Assembly: GCA_965248575.1 (NCBI GenBank) | Contig: CBDFJQ010000002.1 | Coordinates: 640,001 to 704,000 of the forward strand | Length of the DNA: 64,000 bases | Source of the DNA: Planctomycetota bacterium | GTDB lineage: Bacteria; Planctomycetota; B15-G4 | Reading direction: 5' to 3' | Part shown: positions 19,701 to 28,326 of the stretch, in pieces | How the letters are laid out: each line of letters starts with the position of its first letter | Numbering within the stretch: position 1 is the stretch's first letter | The notes under the pieces: model-generated | What the model was told of the DNA's origin: nothing | The model's database searches: none | The model's input: only the letters and a program-made list of their open reading frames with translations | Translations under genes and position numbers: made by a program

Positions 19701-20137
19701 ACGAGAGCCCTCCCGAGTCGCTCGCGGAGGGACGTCTCGACCCTCGCCTGACTGTCTTGAGGCCGTCCCAAGGTCTGGCTGGCGGAACACTCGAGATGAG
19801 CCAGAACGGTCGCTTCGTGGTCTGGGCCTCGAATCAGCAAGACCTCGTGCTGGGTTGGGACATGCTCACGGGCGAAGAGTTCGAACTGGAGGGGGACGGT
19901 CGCTATGGGCATGCGGTCTTTGCCATGACGCCGGACGGTTCACGACTCGTGTCGGCCACCCGAGGAGACGGATCGCTGCGCCTGCGTAGTCGCACGGCGC
20001 CGGAGACCCTGAGCCTGCTGACGCACCCTGCCGGGACGATCCGCGCCGCAGCTTTCTCAGGGGATGGGCGCCGCCTCGTTTCAGCGGGCTCCGATGGGTC
20101 GTTGCGGGTCTGGGACGGGCCGCCTGCACAGGAGTGA
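16772..20137 (+). CDS. Ser/Thr protein kinase with TM segment and WD40 repeats
   Basis: LGEGAVG, VALK, HRDIKPGN, DFG, GTCAYMSPEQ, DVFALG; many GH...WD repeats; start uncertain (16712-16772). Confidence 0.95.
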   Translation: MVDPTFSNLPSPGPEGEDPAASAEAERLFDAWLETVGGTAERPFEQLVAQHPSHEQAFRALHEEWQEIETGIESALPEDLPETGVEDEWGEDILVREAGAVLGDYRLVRLLGEGAVGQVWEAQQISLNRPVALKLLRPNRASAARGLALVHEARAAGRLDHPGIVNVYAAGSIGGVAYLSQQLVKEGRTLGELIEEARRDVPTGLAPFRRTAQLVVDVADAVHVAHEAGILHRDIKPGNILIGGDGRPRVSDFGLAHVVGEDPEQEGLVGTCAYMSPEQATGRGALDARSDVFALGAVLFEALTQRRAFEGDSVPAVLRAVREEDPPDPRSLRARIPGDLALICVKALDKERSQRYADMKSFADDLRRFLADEPILAVPPGPGVRLRKWLRRHPAWAASLGLGVAALVTVSIFLVREVELRRQMVFERNRADQNALTATAAADRADQNALTAAAAATRAEERAEAAEWQGYVANLRASAIALDRGVSEEARRRLEACAPALRGWEWHHDARRVDMTSHTLSGHPGAVTSVAMSADGSRVVTAAREGSVSVWDTASGELLFELAGLPYNLHSVAYAEQTGAVIAGADDGSVLEWRPGVDDIPMTLSFHQAAVRSVAVSADGLVIVSGSDDGSAHVWDRRDERQFTVTPRVPTGVRGVALSRDGRRLLTASRLGTVSLWDVATAELVQELPWDARNEVAVSLDGLGGRRFVGTADGSIRVWETGSTEAGIVLPGDGYGVRAVASTPDGGTLLSATAGGVRLYTVDSVRLPTVLTGHPSTPLCVALSADAQLLVAGCEDGTAVIWDLAQRGASYSLVTGLPHAQSALAVDQNGERVASAGLGERVVRIWDGTSGALQHELSGHETTISAVAMSGDGRLVASGGLGSLEPHVRLWDAVAGKALGIMRGHRLTVSCLAMDLTGAALVSGSYDGTVRRWQGGEQVDRIDAPGRAAVSSVRLTEDGRRLAASCTDGTVFLVALDESPPESLAEGRLDPRLTVLRPSQGLAGGTLEMSQNGRFVVWASNQQDLVLGWDMLTGEEFELEGDGRYGHAVFAMTPDGSRLVSATRGDGSLRLRSRTAPETLSLLTHPAGTIRAAAFSGDGRRLVSAGSDGSLRVWDGPPAQE

Positions 20138-20208
20138 TCCGAGTTGCCCGGAGCCTGCCGACATTGGGCAGATGTCAGGCCGGCCGGTGTGCGTTAGGCT
20201 TCGCCCCA

Positions 20209-21783
20209 ATGCCACAACGCAAGCGCGAAGCCTCTCCCACCGCCAGCCTGCTTCTGCGCATCCTGCCAGTGCTCTGTCTCGCGCTGGCCGTCGGCGCGGT
20301 GGCGCGTGGCGTGGCCCGTGCCCTGGCCGACGCCGACCCCCTGCAGGCGCTGCTCGGGGGAGCCTTTGCAGCTTGGCAGATGCTGTTGGTCGCCTCGGTG
20401 CTGGCGTGCTTGTTCGCCGTGGTGCAGCGCATGAGGCTATGGCATCTCGCGCGGGCGGCGCACAGACCGTGGGCGCACTGCCGGCTGTTGGTCTACATGC
20501 TGGCGCTGGGCGCCGTGCTGCACATGACGTGGCTGGCTCCGGTTCGTGGAGCCGTGGCTGAGATGTTGCTGGCGGTGTGCGGCGGGGCCTACGCCCTTCT
20601 CTCCGCCGTCGGAGAGTCCAAGCCCAAGCTGCTGAAGCGCAGTCGCTCCGTGCTGGATCTCGCGGCGCTCACGTTGCTCGGGCTGGCGCTCAGTGCTGAG
20701 TGGGCGCTCTCCCTATGGAACGCCTGGGACGCGAATCCGCTGCTCGCGATGCCGGGCGGAACGGCGGCCGAGCACATCGCCCGTGAACGCTTGTCACCGG
20801 GGACCCTGATCCGGGGTTTTCCCATCAACAGTGAGGGGGACTACGACACGGAGCGTGAGCGGGACGGCCGCCGTCTGGTGCTGAGCATCGGAGATTCCTT
20901 CAGCGTGGGGGTGGTGCCTTACCCGTATCACTTCACCACGGTGGCGGAGCAGCAGTGGCCGGAGATCGAGGTCTACAACGTGGGACTGCCGACGATCGGC
21001 CCCAAGGAATACCTGCACCTGATCGAGACGCGTGTCGGTGACCTCGAACCCGAGGCCGTGGTGGTGAATGTGTTTGTCGGCAACGACATCAACCAGGCCC
21101 TGAACCGAGACAGCTGGGACCTCGGTTCCTGGTCGTGGCTGGATGCCGATCACTGGCTCGTCTCACTCTACGTGCGCCGCCTCTGGGCTGTGTCGGGCCA
21201 GGCTGTGGGGGACGAGGCGCTTCCGGAACACACCTCCGCTGGGGTTGGTTGGGGTCGGGGAGATGAACGTCTCGAGGCGCTGCGACGGAGCAGCCTCTCT
21301 GAGTGGCCGCACCTGGGGGATCCCTCCCTGGAGCGCAACATGATGACCGAAGCTACGTTCCTGGGCATCGAGACAACTCGCGCGCGACGTGCGTGCAGCC
21401 GCTGGACGGCGGCCTACGGGATGCTCTTCGACTTGCTCGAAGAGATGCGCGCGGCCTGCGCACCGGCGCCCCTTTTGGTGATGCTCATTCCTGACGAGTT
21501 CCAGGTGGAGGACGCGCTCTGGGAGGACATCGTCGACAGCACGCCTGGCGAATCCCTGGATCGCTTCCAGCCCCAACGTCTGCTGGTCGAGGGCCTCGCC
21601 GAGCGCGCACTTCCGACCCTGGATCTGTTGCCGCTCATGCGCGAGGCGCCCACCTGGACGGGGGCACCCGATGACGAGCGGCGGCGGGCGCTCTATCACC
21701 TGCGGGATACGCACATCAATGCGCGCGGCAACCGGCTCGTCGGTTTGGCGCTGGCCGACTTCCTGCGGCAGAACCTGCCCTGA
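20209..21783 (+). CDS. Multi-TM SGNH hydrolase family protein
   Basis: Several N-terminal TM helices, then GDSFSVG, GND, DTHIN. Confidence 0.75.
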   Translation: MPQRKREASPTASLLLRILPVLCLALAVGAVARGVARALADADPLQALLGGAFAAWQMLLVASVLACLFAVVQRMRLWHLARAAHRPWAHCRLLVYMLALGAVLHMTWLAPVRGAVAEMLLAVCGGAYALLSAVGESKPKLLKRSRSVLDLAALTLLGLALSAEWALSLWNAWDANPLLAMPGGTAAEHIARERLSPGTLIRGFPINSEGDYDTERERDGRRLVLSIGDSFSVGVVPYPYHFTTVAEQQWPEIEVYNVGLPTIGPKEYLHLIETRVGDLEPEAVVVNVFVGNDINQALNRDSWDLGSWSWLDADHWLVSLYVRRLWAVSGQAVGDEALPEHTSAGVGWGRGDERLEALRRSSLSEWPHLGDPSLERNMMTEATFLGIETTRARRACSRWTAAYGMLFDLLEEMRAACAPAPLLVMLIPDEFQVEDALWEDIVDSTPGESLDRFQPQRLLVEGLAERALPTLDLLPLMREAPTWTGAPDDERRRALYHLRDTHINARGNRLVGLALADFLRQNLP

Positions 21784-21809
21784 GGAAGGCACGATCCTGC
21801 AGCACGGGC

Positions 21810-23252
21810 TCAGCCGTCTTCCGACTTGCCTTGTCCCAACGGGTGCCCGAGGTCTACGAGGGCGGTTTGTGCCTGCTCGCGGATGTCGGCTCGGTAGGCG
21901 TAGAGCGCGAGCCGCCGCATCCATTCCAAACCCGCGTCTCCCCACGGGAGCACGGCCCTGAGCTGCACCATCCGTTGTGCTGGGTCCTGCGCCCGTCCCG
22001 CCAATCGGAGCACGCCGGCGCAGGCCGCCATGCCCAGGTCGTTCTCAAGCATGCCTCCCACGACGCGCGCCTCGGCAGCCAGGGATTGAAGGATCTCCGG
22101 GTCGGTCTCCCCGATGAGCATCAGGGAGTGGGCGGCTGCACGTTGTAGGCTGAGCGGCGAGTCGGGTTGAGCACGCGATGGCAGTGCCTCGCTCAGCAGC
22201 TGTGGCCGGGCTGCGTCAGCGCGGGGACCCAACGCGCCAAGCGCCGCCGCCGCCGCTGTCCGTCGGCGGCTGTCCGCAGCCGTCAGTTCCCCGAGCAGCA
22301 CCGGCAGTGCGCCCTCCCCGAACTCAGCGACGAGGTCGAGCAAGGCAGGCAGTCGGGCCACGTCCAGCTCGTCCGACGTGCCCTGGAAGGCGAGCAGCAT
22401 GCCGGGTAGGTGCTCGGGGCCTCGGGCACGAAGCCAGGCCCGGGTGTGCCCCGTCGACGCAGGTCGGTTGTCCAACGCTAGCTGTGCCATGTGCCTGAGA
22501 GCCACGGCACCCAGCGCGGCCAGCTGCTGCTCGGCTTCGCGGCGCAGCTCGGGGCGGGGCGCCTTCAGCTGGAGGTTCCAGGCCCTGATGACCGTGGATT
22601 GTGCGAGGCCCCGGATCGGGGGCGACTCGTCATCGAGGGCGGCCTCGAGGCGTTCGAACTCTGCGTTGCCCGGTCGAGCTGTCTTGCTCAGGATCGTGCA
22701 GGCTGCGCGGCGTACCCGCTCGTGCTCATGATGGGAAGCCTGCAGCACCGCCGCCTGCCCGGAAGCACCGAGCGAGCCCAGGGTGTTGACCAGCAGGGCA
22801 CCGCCTGGCGGGTGAGCTTGCTCCAGGGCTGTCACGAGCTGCGGGAGGGCGGCTTCCCCGAGCTGCAGCGCCATCTCGGCGATGAGCTCGGGCACGCGGG
22901 AGGTGGGTCTGCCAGCGTTGGCCAGCAGGGCCGGAAAGACCTCCAACCCATGTTTCTTGAGGCTGGCAGCGGCGTGCTGGGAGACCTCTTCGGCGATGTC
23001 ATCCAGAAGCACGATCAGGGTTTCGCTCACAGCATCAGGGTCCTCCCAACCAGCGGCCGGGGCCGGCTCGCCCAAGGCGGCGGCGGTCAGGCTGCGTTCG
23101 AAGGGGTCCGCAGAGAGAGCGCCCGCCAGACGATCGGATTCACTGCGCGAGCAGGCGCAGAGGCACATCAGCAGAAGCCAGCTCGCCAGTGGCCCGGTGG
23201 CTCTCGCGGGGGGCACACGGGTGCGCGGAGACAGGTGGGTGGACGGAGTCAC
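21810..23252 (-). CDS. HEAT-repeat putative lipoprotein
   Basis: LCACS lipobox-like sequence; Ala/Leu-rich helical repeats (VRRAACTIL, RRTAAAAALGALG). Confidence 0.65.
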   Translation of the reverse strand: MTPSTHLSPRTRVPPARATGPLASWLLLMCLCACSRSESDRLAGALSADPFERSLTAAALGEPAPAAGWEDPDAVSETLIVLLDDIAEEVSQHAAASLKKHGLEVFPALLANAGRPTSRVPELIAEMALQLGEAALPQLVTALEQAHPPGGALLVNTLGSLGASGQAAVLQASHHEHERVRRAACTILSKTARPGNAEFERLEAALDDESPPIRGLAQSTVIRAWNLQLKAPRPELRREAEQQLAALGAVALRHMAQLALDNRPASTGHTRAWLRARGPEHLPGMLLAFQGTSDELDVARLPALLDLVAEFGEGALPVLLGELTAADSRRRTAAAAALGALGPRADAARPQLLSEALPSRAQPDSPLSLQRAAAHSLMLIGETDPEILQSLAAEARVVGGMLENDLGMAACAGVLRLAGRAQDPAQRMVQLRAVLPWGDAGLEWMRRLALYAYRADIREQAQTALVDLGHPLGQGKSEDG

Positions 23253-23263
23253 GATGCGCCACT

Positions 23264-24364
23264 CTAACCGGCTGTGAGGGCGTCCTTCTTGCGGCCGGTC
23301 AAGCCCAGGACCCAGGTCACCGCGAAGCCACCCAGCAGCAGCAGCAGGGCCTGGATCAGCTGACCCATGCTGGGTTTGAAGGTCGTGGTGCGGTCGCTGA
23401 GAATCTTGAGCTCGGCCGGACTCATGCCTGCGTAAGTGCTCTCCATGTGAGCCTCCTGCGCGTCGTCGAAGACGATGCCGTACTTTTCGGAGATGGTGGC
23501 TGCGTCGTCACCCTGAACGTAGGCGGTGATTGCCTTGCGGGAGCTGCGATCGATGAGGTCCGGGTGAACCGGGTTCTCAAAGGGGTAGAGATTGAGCACA
23601 GAGCCCACGAGCAGCCCGAGAAGCACACCGTGGACCGTCGCCGAGTAGCGCGTCAGCAACCACTTCAGGAGATTGCTCAGTCCGCCGATGCCGAGCGCTG
23701 CGCCCACACCCACGGGCACCAGCACCGCCAGGCTTCCACTCAGATCGGCGCGCAGGGCACCCACGCTGACGCTGCCAACGACGGTCTCATAGAGGCCCAG
23801 GATGAGCAGCACGTAGGCACCGCTGATACCGGGCAGGACCATGCTCGTGGCCGCAAGCAAGCCCGCCAGGGCGAGCCACGGCGTCGTGTCGGGCAAGCGC
23901 GTGGAGAACAGTTCGAGGAACTGCGCGAGCATCAGGCCGAAGCCACCCAGGAAGCCCAGGACGACGCCGGCGTTGAAGGGCCGCAGGAAGCGCCAGATCA
24001 AGGGCACACCCCCGAGGGTCATGCCGATGAACAAGCTGTACATCACCCAGCGCTGGTCGCGGACCAGGCTCACTGCCAGGCCCGAGAAACCCAGGACGGC
24101 CGCCACCGCACCTAGGCCGATCAATGCCGCGAACAGCAGCGCCTCGCGGCGCAGCTTCAAGCGGCTGAGGTCGGCAACCGCGTCGATGAAGCGTTCGTAG
24201 AGGCCTACCGCCAAGATCATCGTGCCGCCACTGATCCCGGGCACGAGGTTGGCCATCCCCATCAGGAATCCACCGAAGACGACCCGTGGGGCGCTGGCGG
24301 TGGGCTCCGCTGGGTCGCTGGAGGAGGGGAGGGTGCCGGAGTCCTGTTCTGGGTTTGCAGTCAT
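23264..24364 (-). CDS. DUF368 family membrane protein (undecaprenyl-phosphate translocase-like)
   Basis: GFLMGMANLVPGISGGT and MVLPGISGAYVLLILGLY signatures. Confidence 0.88.
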   Translation of the reverse strand: MTANPEQDSGTLPSSSDPAEPTASAPRVVFGGFLMGMANLVPGISGGTMILAVGLYERFIDAVADLSRLKLRREALLFAALIGLGAVAAVLGFSGLAVSLVRDQRWVMYSLFIGMTLGGVPLIWRFLRPFNAGVVLGFLGGFGLMLAQFLELFSTRLPDTTPWLALAGLLAATSMVLPGISGAYVLLILGLYETVVGSVSVGALRADLSGSLAVLVPVGVGAALGIGGLSNLLKWLLTRYSATVHGVLLGLLVGSVLNLYPFENPVHPDLIDRSSRKAITAYVQGDDAATISEKYGIVFDDAQEAHMESTYAGMSPAELKILSDRTTTFKPSMGQLIQALLLLLGGFAVTWVLGLTGRKKDALTAG

Positions 24365-24527
24365 GGGGTCGCATCATGCTTGCGAAACCTCACGACTCAA
24401 GGCTGGGAGGGCCGTAGCTGGCCCGGATTGGGGAGCGGGAAGGAGTTTTCAGCCCAAAGGGGGTGTTGGCCGAAGGGACTGAGGGTTTCTTTCGCCGACC
24501 GCCCCCACTGCTTCTCCGCAACAACCC

Positions 24528-25322
24528 ATGTCCAGAAGTCCCGCACTCCGACTTTCGATTCGCCCACAGCAGGTGAGTCGCGTGATGTGGCGCCTGGTCT
24601 TCGTGCTCACCGGGCTGCACCTGTTGGCGCAGATCTCCCACTGGGGGTTCGGGCACGACTCGGTGTTTGGCCTCGTGCCGATGTTCGACCTGAACGGCGA
24701 GCTGAATGTCCCGACCCTCTACGCGTCTGTCTCGCTGCTCTTCTGCGGGGCGTTGATGGCCGTGATCGCCCGGGTCCAGAAGCTGCGCGCCGCACCCTAT
24801 GCCGCCCATTGGGCTTCCTTGGCGTCGATCATGGCCTTCCTGGCCCTGGATGAGTTCGCCTCTCTGCACGAGCGTCTGTCCGACCCCATTCGTTCGGCTC
24901 TCGGGACGAGTGGCATGTTCACGAGCGCGTGGGTCATCCCCTACGGGATCCTGGGCCTGCTGCTGGGGCTGACGTTCTTGCGCTTCACCCTGGCCTTGCC
25001 GAAGTCCGTCCGCACGTTCCTGGTGCTTGGGGGCCTGACCTTTGTGCTGGGTGCGGTGGGCATCGAGATGGCCGCCGGCTCCGCGAAGGAAGCGGCCGGC
25101 GGGTCGAGCAGCCTGGCCATCGCGGTCTGGACGACACTCGAGGAAGTGCTCGAGATGTCCGGCGTGGTCATCGCGGTGCACGGCCTCATGCTGCTGCTCG
25201 CCACGACGCCAGGAGGTGTGGAGCTGCACCTGAACGAGCCGGAGGCCGGGTCGCAGGACGGGGTCGAGGGCTCTGCCAGGGCACGGCACGTCGCGAGGCC
25301 GCGCCTGGAGTTGGAGCCCTAG
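24528..25322 (+). CDS. Conserved integral membrane protein of unknown function
   Basis: About 7 TM helices with charged motifs FDLNGELNVPT, LDEFASLHE, LEEVLEM. Confidence 0.65.
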   Translation: MSRSPALRLSIRPQQVSRVMWRLVFVLTGLHLLAQISHWGFGHDSVFGLVPMFDLNGELNVPTLYASVSLLFCGALMAVIARVQKLRAAPYAAHWASLASIMAFLALDEFASLHERLSDPIRSALGTSGMFTSAWVIPYGILGLLLGLTFLRFTLALPKSVRTFLVLGGLTFVLGAVGIEMAAGSAKEAAGGSSSLAIAVWTTLEEVLEMSGVVIAVHGLMLLLATTPGGVELHLNEPEAGSQDGVEGSARARHVARPRLELEP

Positions 25323-26170
25323 CCGTCGACGCGAGCGGCAGCGATCAGGTCGGCCGGTACGCGACGCAGATTGCTCGTCAGGCCGACCTTGGCAGCACTC
25401 CAGACGATCCACTTCGTGGGGTCGAACTGGTACCAGCGAATGCCATTGCGATAGTCGGACTGAAAGCGGTGGTGGAAGTTGTGGTAGCCCTCGCCCAAGG
25501 TCATGAACGCCACCAGCGCGCTGTCTCGCGCTGAGCCCAGCTCGCCGAAGGGTTGCGTCCCCAGCATGTGGGCGAAGGAGTTGACCGAGAACGTCGCGTG
25601 CCACTGCAGCACCAGGCGCAGGCTGCCGGCCACGAGGAAGGCGCCCAAGGCATCACCCCAGAGCAGGCCGAAGGCTGCGGGCAAGGCCGCGCCGAACAGC
25701 GCTGCGAGCAGCAGGTAGTGCTTGTCCTGGAGGACCACCAGGCGGTCGGATTCCAGGTCCTTGACGACGGTGCTCGAGCGTTCGCTGCGGTCGCTCTTGC
25801 AGAGCACCCAGCCGATGTGCGCCCACCAGAAGCCGAGCTGGATGTTGTAGGGGTCGCGCTCGTCGTCTGTATAGGTGTGGTGCTCGCGGTGGTCTGCACA
25901 CCAGGCCAAGGCAGAGTTCTGCACGGAGGCCGCGCCGAACGCGAGGTAGAACGCGCGCACCGGCCAGGTGGCAGAGTAGGCCACATGGGAAAAGAGCCGG
26001 TGATAGCCGCCGGTGATGGAGAGCCCGCACAGGGCGAACCAGAACACGCCCAGCCCCAGGGTCCACCAGGAGAAGTGGACGGCTGCCATGTAGACGACGG
26101 CCCACACCGCAAGCAGATGGACGCCAGCCATGAAGAGGATGTTCGTCCAGTGAAGACGTGGCCTGTTCAT
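25319..26170 (-). CDS. Delta-9-type acyl-CoA/acyl-lipid fatty acid desaturase
   Basis: His boxes HRLFSH, HREHH, GEGYHNFHH; FDPTKW. Confidence 0.93.
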   Translation of the reverse strand: MNRPRLHWTNILFMAGVHLLAVWAVVYMAAVHFSWWTLGLGVFWFALCGLSITGGYHRLFSHVAYSATWPVRAFYLAFGAASVQNSALAWCADHREHHTYTDDERDPYNIQLGFWWAHIGWVLCKSDRSERSSTVVKDLESDRLVVLQDKHYLLLAALFGAALPAAFGLLWGDALGAFLVAGSLRLVLQWHATFSVNSFAHMLGTQPFGELGSARDSALVAFMTLGEGYHNFHHRFQSDYRNGIRWYQFDPTKWIVWSAAKVGLTSNLRRVPADLIAAARVDG

Positions 26171-26230
26171 GGGTGCTCGAGCGGGGGACTCTGAGGAGGG
26201 CAATCCGGCAGCGAGGGTGCAGTGTCAGGA

Positions 26231-26280
26231 CCTGCACTTGGACCTGTACTGGGGCCTGTACTGGGGCCTGTACTGGGGCC
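26231..26280. repeat. 12-bp tandem repeat (CCTGTACTGGGG x3 plus one degenerate unit)
   Basis: Exact units at 26243, 26255, 26267; degenerate CCTGCACTTGGA at 26231; intergenic, upstream of the desaturase. Confidence 0.9.
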
Positions 26281-26498
26281 CGGAGCGGGCTCAGGTCAGG
26301 CGCGCGGCACTCTAGGCGGCTGGCAGTCCCAATGCGAGTGAAACCCTGGAGTGAGCGGCCGGTGTCGCGGCGAAGCTCCTGCGCACATTGTGCGTAGAAT
26401 CCGCCCAGGAGGCCCCTTTGGCGAAGCGCGGCTCGGGTGTAGTCTGCCGGGGCCCACGCTTGGAGACGTGGCGGAACTCTGGCGAGAGGGTGGTCGAC

Positions 26499-27152
26499 AT
26501 GGACATTCCAGGGGAGGGCGCATCCGAGGGCCGCGATGCCGTCGGTGAAGAGGTCGAGCCCACGGGGTCTCCGAAGGCCCAAGGCGCCCACGATGAGTGC
26601 CAGCTTTGCGGTGTGAAACTCGCACCTGGCACGGCGCGATTCGTCAGCGGCCACGCCGCGTGCGCCGCCTGCGTTGAGCAGCTTCAGGCGGAGGTGAGCG
26701 AGAGCGAGGCAGGTGTGGGGTCCCTGCCCACGGCCTCGCTGGGCGCGCTCGTCGGGGCCTTGCTGGGCGCGGCAGCCTGGGTGGGCATCGTCATCGCGAC
26801 CGAATATGAGGTGGGCTATGTGGCGATCCTGGTGGGCTTCCTGGCCGGGCGTGGCACGGTGCTGGCATCGGGTGGTCGGCACGGGAAGCCCCTGCAGGTG
26901 CTGGCGGGAATCGCTGCGGTGCTTGGCCTGCTCGTGGCCAAGTACGCCCTGCTCGCTCACTATGTCGTGGCGTCGGCGACAGCGGACGATCCAGCAGCGG
27001 CGGTGAGCTACTTCGACCCGTTCATCGTCGAGAATTTCATCCCCTACCTGCGGGAAGACAGCAGCTTCTTTGATGCGTTGTGGATCTTCTTCGCAGTGAC
27101 TGCGGCGTGGCGTCAACCGGCCAGCCCCAGCTTGCATCTCGACGATTCATGA
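26499..27152 (+). CDS. Membrane protein with N-terminal zinc-ribbon-like CxxC...CxxC
   Basis: CQLC and CAAC followed by 4 TM helices; stop overlaps the next ATG (ATGA). Confidence 0.7.
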   Translation: MDIPGEGASEGRDAVGEEVEPTGSPKAQGAHDECQLCGVKLAPGTARFVSGHAACAACVEQLQAEVSESEAGVGSLPTASLGALVGALLGAAAWVGIVIATEYEVGYVAILVGFLAGRGTVLASGGRHGKPLQVLAGIAAVLGLLVAKYALLAHYVVASATADDPAAAVSYFDPFIVENFIPYLREDSSFFDALWIFFAVTAAWRQPASPSLHLDDS

Positions 27153-28198
27153 CGGACGTGGAGCCCAAGTCAGCGCTGCAACGCCTAGCGGAGTTGGAGC
27201 GTGGCGGCCAACCGGGGCGACAAGCTGCCTCGCCGGGCGGCGGGCGATCGGCGGGCAGGCCAGCGGCTGGCGGCGTCGTCGTCGGAGGCAGCGCCCCACG
27301 GCGTCGCGTGGGCCTGGGCGGCGCGATCGCGGTGGTGGCCTTGATGCTCTGGAAGTTCAAGGCGGTGCTGCTGATCGGGCTCAGCAAGTTCAAGTTCATC
27401 CTGGCCGGTTTGAAGCTCGTGAAGTTCGGCAACTTGCTGACCACGAGCTCCACGATGCTGCTGAGCATGTGGGCCTATTCGATGTTCTTCGGCGCGCCCT
27501 TCGCCATCGGCTTCGTGCTGCTGATCCTAGTGCATGAGCTCGGTCATGGAATCGCTGCGAAGGCCATCGGCCTGCCCGTCGGCGCACCCATCTTCATTCC
27601 CTTCTTCGGTGCGGTGATCGCCCTCAAGGCGCGTCCGCGTACGGGCTTCCAGGACTTCGTCATCGGCGCGGGTGGGCCCTTGGCCGGAACGCTGGGAGGC
27701 CTGCTCTGCCTCGGGTTGGCGCAGACGGTGGCTGAGGACTGGGCCGGCCTGCTCACGGTGCTGGCCTTCTTCACGCTGATGATCAACTTGTTCAACCTGA
27801 TCCCGGTCTGGCAGCTGGATGGTGCGCGCATGTCAGCGCTCTTCTCGGGGGGCATGTGGGGCTTGGCGGCGCTGGTCCTGGCGGGCGGGACCTTCTGGCT
27901 TTCCGGGCTGACCGGTGAGCTGAACCCCGTGGCTCTGTTGATGGTGCTGCTGGCGGGCTACCGAGCGCTCAGCGCGGGTTGGTCTTGGATCCGAAGTCGG
28001 CGTGCCCAAGAGGTCGTCGCCGGACTCTCAGCTCTCCGGCAGCTTCAGGAGGCGGAACGCCGGAAGGAGAAGGCACGAGACGAGGATGTCACGAACACCC
28101 AACGCTGGATCGCGTGGGGAACCTACGTGGGGCTTGCCCTGGGTCTCGTCGTCTGTGTTCATCTGTTGATGCAGGCTTTGCCCGAACTGCCTGAATAG
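27149..28198 (+). CDS. Site-2 protease (M50 family)
   Basis: HELGH, FIPFFGAVI, AGGPLAG and NLIPVWQLDG motifs. Confidence 0.9.
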   Translation: MTDVEPKSALQRLAELERGGQPGRQAASPGGGRSAGRPAAGGVVVGGSAPRRRVGLGGAIAVVALMLWKFKAVLLIGLSKFKFILAGLKLVKFGNLLTTSSTMLLSMWAYSMFFGAPFAIGFVLLILVHELGHGIAAKAIGLPVGAPIFIPFFGAVIALKARPRTGFQDFVIGAGGPLAGTLGGLLCLGLAQTVAEDWAGLLTVLAFFTLMINLFNLIPVWQLDGARMSALFSGGMWGLAALVLAGGTFWLSGLTGELNPVALLMVLLAGYRALSAGWSWIRSRRAQEVVAGLSALRQLQEAERRKEKARDEDVTNTQRWIAWGTYVGLALGLVVCVHLLMQALPELPE

Positions 28199-28326
28199 GT
28201 GGGAGAGCGTCGACGGGGAGCCAGTTCGCGCTTGCTGGTGCGTTCGCGATAGACTGACCGAGATCATCAGCACGTTGCACGGATCGACAGATCGGTACCC
28301 GGACAACCTGCAGCAGCTTTCCTGAG

